Source of the DNA: a virus
IMG/VR virus record: IMGVR_UViG_3300031566_000116
Span: 1-42,459 of that record
Reading direction: 5' to 3' (one strand)
DNA: 42,459 nucleotides
Part shown: positions 21,014 through 27,800 of the stretch, piece after piece
Numbering within the stretch: the stretch's first letter is position 1
Layout of the letters: each line of letters starts with the position of its first letter
The notes under the pieces: generated by a model
Database searches by the model: none
The model's input: only the letters and a program-made list of their open reading frames with translations
What the model was told of the DNA's origin: nothing
Translations under genes and position numbers: made by a program

Positions 21014-21346
21014 ATGTATAAAATTCAATCAGTAAACAGAATTAACAAGGAATTGCTTATTGAGCATCCAGACGCTAAAGAGAAAATAATTAGCAATATG
21101 CTAGTTGACTTTGCTCACGAGATGTTTAAAAACAAATGCTTTGAAATTACAGAGACAAATGTAAAAGGCGAAGTAAATTGGATGTCCCCTGATGAACAGG
21201 AGGTAGGAATTGAAGCGTTTATAATGACATCTAAAGAGTTTAAAGAAGCAATTGAAACACTCCATTTAATTAAATCTGCGCTTTCAGAACCGATGAAGGG
21301 TTATGCTAATCATTTGCACACCCTACTTACGAAGCAGCCTCTTTAG
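21014..21346 (+). CDS. hypothetical protein (110 aa)
   Basis: Track ORF flanked by the inverted pair TGTTATCGG (20963-20971) and CCGATAACA (21351-21359). Confidence 0.7.
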   Translation: MYKIQSVNRINKELLIEHPDAKEKIISNMLVDFAHEMFKNKCFEITETNVKGEVNWMSPDEQEVGIEAFIMTSKEFKEAIETLHLIKSALSEPMKGYANHLHTLLTKQPL

Positions 21347-21347
21347 G

Positions 21348-21385
21348 TTGCCGATAACATTCGCTAAACGTCACAAAAGTAACGC
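21348..21385 (+). repeat. repeat copy B (TTGCCGATAACATTCGCTAAACGTCACAAAAGTAACG)
   Basis: The 24-nt core 21360..21383 is identical to the minus-strand core 6163..6140. Confidence 0.9.
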
Positions 21386-21475
21386 AAAAGCGCATTAAAC
21401 TATTGATTCTTTGCACATTAAGTATAACTATTAAAAAAGAACAATTAATTTATTTTAAAATTATTTTAAAAATAG

Positions 21476-21505
21476 TTTGTTATTAATTTATTTTGATTAG
21501 ATTTG
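21476..21505 (+). promoter_or_regulatory. Bacteroidota-type promoter (TTTG-N18-TAGATTTG) for gene 21550
   Basis: TTTG is at 21476-21479 and TAGATTTG at 21498-21505. The blocks AAATTATTTTAAAAATAGTTTGT and TTAGATTTGTA are shared, in inverted orientation, with 20358-20408. Confidence 0.6.
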
Positions 21506-21549
21506 TAAGGCAATAGGGAGCGAACCCGATGCACAAATAACTAGAACTT

Positions 21550-21825
21550 ATGGAAGCTTCAATAATTATTACAGGGTCAGGCGTTAATTCAAAAAGTACT
21601 TTATTAAGAGCTTGCGACGGTCATAGCATTGTCACTAAAAAACTACAATATGGCTACGAAATTATTTTTTCATCTAAAGGCGATGCGGTAAAAGCCTTAT
21701 CAGGTGCTTATCAATACTTAAAATCTGATTTGGAAGATTGGAAAAACGCAGCGGCTTCATATAAATATGGAAGTTCACTAAGTTACGATAGTGCCAATGC
21801 TAGAATTTACACAGATAACAACTAG
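21550..21825 (+). CDS. hypothetical protein (91 aa)
   Basis: Track ORF, the first gene after the promoter at 21476-21505. Confidence 0.65.
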   Translation: MEASIIITGSGVNSKSTLLRACDGHSIVTKKLQYGYEIIFSSKGDAVKALSGAYQYLKSDLEDWKNAAASYKYGSSLSYDSANARIYTDNN

Positions 21826-21830
21826 GAATT

Positions 21831-22088
21831 ATGAGCAAAAGACAATTATTTTATTTAGGGCAATTTTTTGAAGTTGAATATGATTATCAACCCGAAGAAA
21901 AAGCAGAACGTGGAATTGACGCACAGTACCCAGGGTGCGGTGAAGAGCTAACCATTGAAGAAATAAAATACAACGGTGTAGACTTTACTGAAATTATGGA
22001 ACCACACGCTAATGCGATGGAGAAACAACTTTTGGAAGAAATTAACTCGTATAAAAACTATAGATATGCGGTATTTAATAGAGATTGA
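21831..22088 (+). CDS. hypothetical acidic protein (85 aa)
   Basis: Track ORF, 5 nt after the previous stop. Confidence 0.65.
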   Translation: MSKRQLFYLGQFFEVEYDYQPEEKAERGIDAQYPGCGEELTIEEIKYNGVDFTEIMEPHANAMEKQLLEEINSYKNYRYAVFNRD

Positions 22089-22218
22089 GCTGGATGATAA
22101 CTTCACTTATTGGCTAGACACAGACCCTGAGCAGACGATAAAAGAGTTGTTTGTTCCATCATCAGATGTGAAAATAATTAGTTTTAACGAAATAGAGGAG
22201 GATAAAAAATGTGGTTAA
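22066..22218 (+). CDS. hypothetical protein (50 aa)
   Basis: Internal ATG at 22066 (MRYLIEIELDD...) of track ORF 22012..22218 chosen to reduce overlap with the previous gene. The start is uncertain. Confidence 0.4.
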   Translation: MRYLIEIELDDNFTYWLDTDPEQTIKELFVPSSDVKIISFNEIEEDKKCG

Positions 22219-22454
22219 AATACATAGTTTTTGGAATGATAGTGATTGCCTTGATAGTGTCTTATGCACACGAAAAACGCACGGCTAAAAGAGACTTAAA
22301 AGAGAAGTTAAGTTTTTTGAGATATGGCGATAAGGTTTACTGGTATGGAAATGAATATACCTTTTGTTGCGCGTCTGGTGATCTAGCAATCCTAAAAACA
22401 TGTGATAATAAAAACATAAGTGTATTGTTTAACTCTTTAAAATTTGAGAAATGA
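22209..22454 (+). CDS. small membrane protein (81 aa)
   Basis: Track ORF with an N-terminal TM helix WLKYIVFGMIVIALIVSYA. Confidence 0.6.
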   Translation: MWLKYIVFGMIVIALIVSYAHEKRTAKRDLKEKLSFLRYGDKVYWYGNEYTFCCASGDLAILKTCDNKNISVLFNSLKFEK

Positions 22455-22630
22455 AATATTTTGCAGCTTTAACCTTGATTTTAACAATCATTTGCCTGTT
22501 GTTTTTCGCTGGCTATTCGGCGGTCGGTGAGGATTGTATTAACACCACTCAATCAATTTTCTTAGGATTCGCTTCTATCTTCGCTGGTGCCACTATTGCA
22601 TTTGCGACTATAAGCGTTTTTAAGAAATAA
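22451..22630 (+). CDS. small two-TM membrane protein (59 aa, below the track cutoff)
   Basis: Hand translation gives MKYFAALTLILTIICLLFFAGYSAVGEDCINTTQSIFLGFASIFAGATIAFATISVFKK. It has an ATGA overlap with the previous gene. Confidence 0.55.
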   Translation: MKYFAALTLILTIICLLFFAGYSAVGEDCINTTQSIFLGFASIFAGATIAFATISVFKK

Positions 22631-22641
22631 CGTTTAATAAG

Positions 22642-23145
22642 ATGGATTTTAAAATAAAAGGAACACACATAAATAAGCAAGAAAGGGAGTTGCTAGCAAG
22701 CGCGGGTTTGAAATATTGCCCCGCATGTAAAAAAGCCCACTTGCTATCTGAGTTTAATTTTAGGAAGTCGCGCCCTAATACATTGCAGGCTTATTGCGCA
22801 GAACACTATAAGCACTTAGATTCATTGCGCGTGTTCGATGAACGGGTAACAAAATACACTATTGCCGAAGCTAAGGCATTGGCTCACATAAATAGTCAAG
22901 TCGCTTTTAAGATTGCAGCGGATAACGTATCGAAATGTGAGCGTATAGCACTTCGTAATGAAGGTTTGAAATGGTGTAGGAATTGCGGCACACCTCACGA
23001 ACTTAGATTTTTTGACGCAGTCGATACGCTCGATGGCTTGAATTATGTTTGCAGAAACAAGCCAGACTATTACGACGAGATTAATTTTACGGGTGAAGTA
23101 GTGACTAAAAAGAAAGTAGAAACTTACAGAAGAAGGAGGATTTAA
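22642..23145 (+). CDS. protein with two zinc-ribbon modules related to the N-terminus of the 178-aa HNH protein (167 aa)
   Basis: LKYCPACKKAHLLSEFNFRKSRPNTLQAYCAEH and LKWCRNCGTPHELRFFDAVDTLDGLNYVCRNK resemble [30 protein letters not shown]. No nuclease core is present. Confidence 0.6.
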   Translation: MDFKIKGTHINKQERELLASAGLKYCPACKKAHLLSEFNFRKSRPNTLQAYCAEHYKHLDSLRVFDERVTKYTIAEAKALAHINSQVAFKIAADNVSKCERIALRNEGLKWCRNCGTPHELRFFDAVDTLDGLNYVCRNKPDYYDEINFTGEVVTKKKVETYRRRRI

Positions 23146-23146
23146 G

Positions 23147-23380
23147 ATGATGAGACACATTAAATTTGCGAACCAACTGATCAGATTAGAAGGTACGTCC
23201 GACAAATTAGACCCTACCACCGTTGCAAAGTCTGTGAACGCGGCTATTAACTTTTGCAAGGAGAATGAACTCGATAAATGCGAGCTTGATTATAACGGTT
23301 TTTTGTTCGTTATTGAGCCGAATAGCGACCTTAATGGTAAGCTGAATGAATACGACTATGCGCAGTATTTGAAGGGGTAA
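23147..23380 (+). CDS. hypothetical protein (77 aa)
   Basis: Track ORF, 1 nt after the previous stop. Confidence 0.6.
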   Translation: MMRHIKFANQLIRLEGTSDKLDPTTVAKSVNAAINFCKENELDKCELDYNGFLFVIEPNSDLNGKLNEYDYAQYLKG

Positions 23381-23384
23381 TATT

Positions 23385-23410
23385 ATTTGATTAGTAACTA
23401 ATTTTTAAAA
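23385..23410 (+). promoter_or_regulatory. conserved upstream motif ATTTGATTAGTAACTAATTTTTAAAA
   Basis: Shared with 23733-23757 and, on the minus strand, 682-663. A TATAA lies a few nt before the ATG in all three. Confidence 0.45.
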
Positions 23411-23420
23411 CATATAAGGC

Positions 23421-23651
23421 ATGGAAAAAGAACGCGGAATTATTATTGTAAAATCTAATGGAAATGACATTTCAAATATTACTAAAATGAAAGAGTATAG
23501 GGTTTCTGGGTTTATTTATGAAGAGGGTGCTTGCCAAGTTGATGTAGAAGCAACCGGTAAAGCAGAAGCAAAGCAAATAGCTATTGATGATTACGATTTT
23601 TACAAAGTTGTAAATGTTTTTGAATTGCGAATCATACCCCGCAAGAGATAA
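23421..23651 (+). CDS. hypothetical protein (76 aa)
   Basis: Track ORF preceded by the conserved motif. Confidence 0.6.
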   Translation: MEKERGIIIVKSNGNDISNITKMKEYRVSGFIYEEGACQVDVEATGKAEAKQIAIDDYDFYKVVNVFELRIIPRKR

Positions 23652-23732
23652 TCTTATTTGATTAGGATTCGGAAATCAATAGTTTATATTAACGAAACAC
23701 GCGCAAACACTAGCCTATCTTATTTGATGGCT

Positions 23733-23757
23733 ATTTGATTAGTAATTAATTTAAAAA
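23733..23757 (+). promoter_or_regulatory. conserved upstream motif ATTTGATTAGTAATTAATTTAAAAA
   Basis: The same motif occurs at 23385-23410. Extra TTATTTGAT(T/G)(A/G)G copies lie at 23654-23665 and 23720-23730. Confidence 0.45.
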
Positions 23758-23766
23758 TTATAAGAG

Positions 23767-24036
23767 ATGGTAAAAGAAATCGCGGAGGCTCAAAACAACA
23801 CTAAACAAGCAAATTTTAGTGCGCTTAGTGTTGTATTACGTTTTTTATTTGGGCGTTGGACAAAATGGGAATTAATTTGCATATATAATTTCTCAACTAC
23901 AAATAGGAGTATTGAAGTAAGACAGAACTTAGATAACGGGAAAATACAATTTAGAGTTAAAAGAATTGCATATCCTGTGCATTCAAAATATTTCGATGTG
24001 GAAGATGTAAAAAAGGCGTTGGCAAATGTGCTATAA
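23767..24036 (+). CDS. hypothetical protein (89 aa)
   Basis: Track ORF. It ends AAT GTG CTA TAA C, inside a box A-like GCTATAAC-AATTT. Confidence 0.6.
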   Translation: MVKEIAEAQNNTKQANFSALSVVLRFLFGRWTKWELICIYNFSTTNRSIEVRQNLDNGKIQFRVKRIAYPVHSKYFDVEDVKKALANVL

Positions 24037-24054
24037 CAATTTACTAAATAAAAA

Positions 24055-24079
24055 AGCCCTGCAAGATGAATGCAAGGCT
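24055..24079. terminator. bidirectional rho-independent terminator between the convergent modules
   Basis: AGCCCTGCA-AGATGAA-TGCAAGGCT (8 of 9 bp paired) is flanked by AAATAAAAA upstream and TTTAATTTTT downstream. Confidence 0.7.
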
Positions 24080-24098
24080 TTTAATTTTTAAATGAAGT

Positions 24099-24350
24099 CT
24101 ACTTCTTTACAAATAATTTCTTAATCAAATCAACGACTAACGCGATTGTCGAATTAGATTTTAACTTGGCATTACCTCCAATGTACGCCTCAATTAAAGC
24201 GAACGCGAACAAACCCAAAGGCCATGCGTTTAGTTTCAAAAACGCCCATATCCCATCGCCCGAAACATAGTCAATAGTTACTGAGGTTGTGTCTTGCGCG
24301 ATAACTGAACCGCAAAGAACAATGAATGCTAATACTAATAATTTTCTCAT
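24099..24350 (-). CDS. membrane or secreted protein of the lysis cassette (83 aa)
   Basis: Signal-like MRKLLVLAFIVLCGSVIAQ plus a second hydrophobic helix. A spanin or holin accessory role is only an inference from position. Confidence 0.5.
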   Translation of the reverse strand: MRKLLVLAFIVLCGSVIAQDTTSVTIDYVSGDGIWAFLKLNAWPLGLFAFALIEAYIGGNAKLKSNSTIALVVDLIKKLFVKK

Positions 24351-24553
24351 ACTTTCCTTTTTTTAAATAAACGTTTAAATAAGCCTTTTTTAACCTCTGT
24401 TGTCGGTTGCGTTTGTGATATATCCACCGCGCCACTATTGCCCTTTATTTTGCCCACGTGGTTAGTTATTTCCGTATCTGTGTTGTCAGATTTGAGCGCT
24501 ACAAATACGCCTAAGACTAAACCGATTACCACGCCTAGTAAAAATAGTTCCAT
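24347..24553 (-). CDS. single-TM protein of the lysis cassette (68 aa)
   Basis: An N-terminal TM helix ELFLLGVVIGLVLGVFVAL and a basic C-terminus. It overlaps both neighbours by 1-4 nt. Confidence 0.5.
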   Translation of the reverse strand: MELFLLGVVIGLVLGVFVALKSDNTDTEITNHVGKIKGNSGAVDISQTQPTTEVKKGLFKRLFKKRKV

Positions 24554-25044
24554 TAGTCTTGTGTATTAAAATACAATTCAGCTTCTGCTATTCTTCGAAG
24601 CGTTAACCCTTTTAACTCTTGCTTTTCGCCTACCTCATCTATCAATCCGTCACCATCATCATCTTTGCCGTTGTGCGAACCGTCGGCTTTATCCCATCGT
24701 CCAAATTGAACGGCTATATTTTTATCGTTTTTATTAGCTTTAATCTTTCTCAGTAAAGTGCTTGATAGGAAGTTGCCAGAACCTACATTAAAAATAAAAC
24801 TAGATAATGCGTCGAATTGGTTTTGTGTGAAGCTGATATTCAAACTATTTAACAGCCTTTCGACTCCGAATAAATCAGACCTTAATAGCATTAAGCCGCG
24901 TTCGTGTGTGATTAGATCGCCTTTCTTTACGCCTCTAGTATGCCCATATCCAATAGTCAGCTTTCCAGCGGGGCAAATGTATGCCTTGTTTTCGAATGAC
25001 TCAAATCGTTTGATTAGCTCGATACCTTTTGTTCCTGTTTTCAT
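24553..25044 (-). CDS. endolysin, GH24 (T4/lambda-type) lysozyme
   Basis: IKRFESFENKAYICPAGKLTIGYGHT contains the E-x8-C-x5-T catalytic triad variant. FTQNQFDALSSFIFNVG and GLTLRRIAEAELY are typical family blocks. Confidence 0.9.
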   Translation of the reverse strand: MKTGTKGIELIKRFESFENKAYICPAGKLTIGYGHTRGVKKGDLITHERGLMLLRSDLFGVERLLNSLNISFTQNQFDALSSFIFNVGSGNFLSSTLLRKIKANKNDKNIAVQFGRWDKADGSHNGKDDDGDGLIDEVGEKQELKGLTLRRIAEAELYFNTQD

Positions 25045-25046
25045 GG

Positions 25047-25373
25047 CTATTTGCTTCTGTATAAGTCTAAAATATCCTTCCTGAGTAGCTGTATTTGCAC
25101 TAGATATTCATTCCTAGCATCTTTATTGTTCTGCTTAATTTCCAAGATAGCACTATTAATACTACAAAATACTATTTGGTTAGCTTCTGCGTGCGTTTTA
25201 AATTGGTTCTCAACATCAATTTTATCCGCTTTTAGGTTTAGTTTAGCGTCGTAATCCTTGCCCTGTACATCGTTAGACGTCAGCCACCAAATGAAGAGCA
25301 TAGGTAATAAAGCGATTAAAAAACTACTAAGCCAGTTTTCGAGACGGCTATTTGGTGGACTTTTTACGTTCAT
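25047..25373 (-). CDS. single-TM coiled-coil protein (holin or i-spanin-like candidate, 108 aa)
   Basis: A TM helix WLSSFLIALLPMLFIWWL is followed by a helical charged region. Sits adjacent to the endolysin. Confidence 0.4.
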   Translation of the reverse strand: MNVKSPPNSRLENWLSSFLIALLPMLFIWWLTSNDVQGKDYDAKLNLKADKIDVENQFKTHAEANQIVFCSINSAILEIKQNNKDARNEYLVQIQLLRKDILDLYRSK

Positions 25374-25734
25374 ACTTGTAAGTTGTTAGAGCAGCCATAA
25401 TGTAAGCTGAAAAAAATATTATCCAAACGCCTCTATCAATGCCAAAACCTAGTGTTTCATATACTTGGAATGCACTCAAAATTAATAAAAAAATTGAAGT
25501 ACTCATAATTAACAACTTCACCAAATTATTTTCCAATAAATATGAGAATAAAAACGGAAGTATAGCACTAATAATTGAATTATTAACCCAATAAAATGCA
25601 CACCAGTATCTAGAATCGTAGCCAACGAAGCCAATTAACTCAGGTAAAAAAGTGTACAGGGCTAAACCTGCGAAATACACAAACGGCACTACGCAAATTA
25701 ACCCTGTAATCTTCTTATCCAAAATGAAAACCAT
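25348..25734 (-). CDS. multi-pass membrane protein (holin candidate, 128 aa)
   Basis: About four hydrophobic helices and a basic C-terminus, YERKKSTK. Position upstream of the endolysin supports the guess. Confidence 0.4.
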   Translation of the reverse strand: MVFILDKKITGLICVVPFVYFAGLALYTFLPELIGFVGYDSRYWCAFYWVNNSIISAILPFLFSYLLENNLVKLLIMSTSIFLLILSAFQVYETLGFGIDRGVWIIFFSAYIMAALTTYKYERKKSTK

Positions 25735-25849
25735 TATCGGTTAGGTGGTTTCACTGGTGGATTTTTTGGTAATCTCTCATTTCTAATCATGCTATCGTTT
25801 TTAATTAAAATTTAAAGGTAGTGATTTTGTTTGTTAAAATAAAGGGTGA

Positions 25850-27259
25850 TTACGAAGTTGTAACAGTAACCCCTTGCGCTTGCAAATCTATCACCGCCTG
25901 AGTGCCATTAAACCCTCCACTCGATGAGTCAGGCGCTGCATTCGTACCGCTTATATTTATACTTCGACCCGTAAAATCACCACCAGCCGTTTCTGTAAGT
26001 GCTAAGATTGATAAGTCGTATAAAATATGATTAACCTCTGCCGCTGTCATTGCATTGTTTTGGAATGTATATACACCCGCGTTAATTTTTAGCATATTAG
26101 GCATTACCGATAAATCTATATACCCTAAGTTGCACGAATAAACTTGCAAAGAACCAAACGTTCTGGTCGTAGATGGGAATATTATATTTGTCAGATTAGG
26201 GTTCAAATAATACCTGTGAGGGCTGCCTCCTAACCCCGTAAGCCCTGATAAATCCAAAGTTCCTGTAAGGTTGCACGAGTAAATATCTAGCTGATTTACA
26301 AGAGCGCTCGTGGTAGGGAACAGTATTTGAGTTAAATTTGGGTTACTTCTAAGTGTTACAGAAGTAAAGCCTCCTGTCAACATAGATAAATCCAAAGTAC
26401 CTGTAAGGTTGCATAAATACCCCCACAGTTGTGATATTAGAAATGTGTTTGGCGCGAAAGTTATATTTGTTAAATTTGAGTTCGAGTAAAAACGCATAGA
26501 TCCGCTAAGTCCGTGCGTCAACATAGATAAATCCAGAGTCCCAGTAAGATTGCATAAATACGCTTGAATACTAGTCACGATAGCCGATGATGACGGAAGC
26601 GCTAATCCTGTCAATGAAGCATTATTATTTACCGCTAATACTCCCTGAATACCTGCTATATTGCTAATGTCTAAAATGCCAGATAAGCCGCAAGAATATA
26701 GCGAGAATGATAGCGCTGATGTATTACTATTCAAGACTAATCCGCTTAAATTAGCGTTATTATATAGTTCAATCCCACTAACCATAGTACTCAAGCTACT
26801 GAGGTTAACAATACCCGTAAGATTGCAGCCGTAAGCGCGGATAAGCGTTATTAAATTGTTATTTACTGGCGTCTTTAAACTCGTCAACGAACTATTCCCG
26901 TCTACTTGTATTTGCCCTTCTACCTCTGTTAAAACTCTAAAATCTAACTCGTTTAATATATTTTGATTTCTTAGCGTTATTTGCGTAACGAATGCAAAAT
27001 TATCAGCGCTGGAAACAATCACGCTCGCAGTCGCATTGACTAAGGTATATGCGGGTGTGCTGTTCTGTGTTAATTGAGTAATCACGCCCCCATCGTCAAT
27101 AGTCCAAACTAAAGTAGCTCCTGAGTTCGTGAAGCCCCAACCGTCTGCAATTAGATTCCCATTTATGGTAAACATCACGTCAGTAACTACAGCTGCATTT
27201 TTCCACCTACTCGGATTTAATATCATCATGTCTTTATATCTTAATATCGGTTTACTCAT
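25850..27259 (-). CDS. leucine-rich-repeat (LRR) tail protein, receptor-binding candidate
   Basis: 469 aa. It carries repeated Y(L/S)CNLTGTLDLS(M/G)LT...NPNLT(N/Q)I.FP units of 46-47 aa. This is the last gene of the tail operon, after the fibre. Confidence 0.6.
   Translation of the reverse strand: MSKPILRYKDMMILNPSRWKNAAVVTDVMFTINGNLIADGWGFTNSGATLVWTIDDGGVITQLTQNSTPAYTLVNATASVIVSSADNFAFVTQITLRNQNILNELDFRVLTEVEGQIQVDGNSSLTSLKTPVNNNLITLIRAYGCNLTGIVNLSSLSTMVSGIELYNNANLSGLVLNSNTSALSFSLYSCGLSGILDISNIAGIQGVLAVNNNASLTGLALPSSSAIVTSIQAYLCNLTGTLDLSMLTHGLSGSMRFYSNSNLTNITFAPNTFLISQLWGYLCNLTGTLDLSMLTGGFTSVTLRSNPNLTQILFPTTSALVNQLDIYSCNLTGTLDLSGLTGLGGSPHRYYLNPNLTNIIFPSTTRTFGSLQVYSCNLGYIDLSVMPNMLKINAGVYTFQNNAMTAAEVNHILYDLSILALTETAGGDFTGRSINISGTNAAPDSSSGGFNGTQAVIDLQAQGVTVTTS
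26141..26560. repeat. three tandem 138-141 bp units encoding the best-conserved LRR pairs
   Basis: Unit starts (minus strand) are at 26560, 26419 and 26281, with the next partial unit at 26140. The block GATAAATCCA(A/G)AGT(T/A/C)CC(T/A)GTAAG(G/A)TTGCA recurs at 26247, 26385 and 26526. Confidence 0.85.
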
Positions 27260-27800
27260 TTACTGGCATCATTGGCCATTGGTTAAAAGTTGGAAATATT
27301 CCGCTGTTTGTATAATCGTTAATCATTTCATCCCTCAAAGCTCGGCAAGCTATCACCCAATTATCGAGCGTGTTTAAGAACGCCATCTCTACCGCTCTAT
27401 CTTCTGTATATTCCATATTTTGCATGATTTGCAAATAAAGAAAGCGCGATATGTTAGCCGTCTGAGCACTAAGTGGTAAAGTCTCGTTTATAAAATCTTC
27501 GCAATTGGACGTTACCTTTTGGATTATCGCTGCTTGCGAAAACTCTGTAAGTTCGTACTTTTGGAACGCTTTATAAACGTTGTCAAACTCGCTTAATTCT
27601 TCGCTAACTTCTAAGGGTAAAGCGGTTTTATAAAACTGTTCGGTGTTGAAAGTATCGGGCGCAACCTCTTCGACTAAATAGAATTTAACCGATGGATTTA
27701 ATCCGCTAATTTCTACGTTTAAAAATCTGTGTGGATAGCCGAATTTGACAAACTCACCATCTTTGTACGTTGCTATTTTGTAATTTTTAGATTCAATCAT
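27252..27800 (-). CDS. hypothetical tail-module protein (182 aa)
   Basis: Track ORF overlapping both neighbours (1 nt and 8 nt). No motif recognised. Confidence 0.6.
   Translation of the reverse strand: MIESKNYKIATYKDGEFVKFGYPHRFLNVEISGLNPSVKFYLVEEVAPDTFNTEQFYKTALPLEVSEELSEFDNVYKAFQKYELTEFSQAAIIQKVTSNCEDFINETLPLSAQTANISRFLYLQIMQNMEYTEDRAVEMAFLNTLDNWVIACRALRDEMINDYTNSGIFPTFNQWPMMPVNE

Noticed and set aside
24553-25044. Apparent loss of the catalytic Asp in the lysozyme (AYICPAG instead of AY.D..G)
   Set aside because: E-x8-C-x5-T is a known functional variant of the E-x8-D/C-x5-T GH24 triad, so this is not an inactivating change.
25850-27259. Diversity-generating retroelement targeting the repeated LRR gene
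   Set aside because: There is no reverse transcriptase gene and no non-coding template repeat elsewhere in the genome. The repeats are tandem in-frame duplications.
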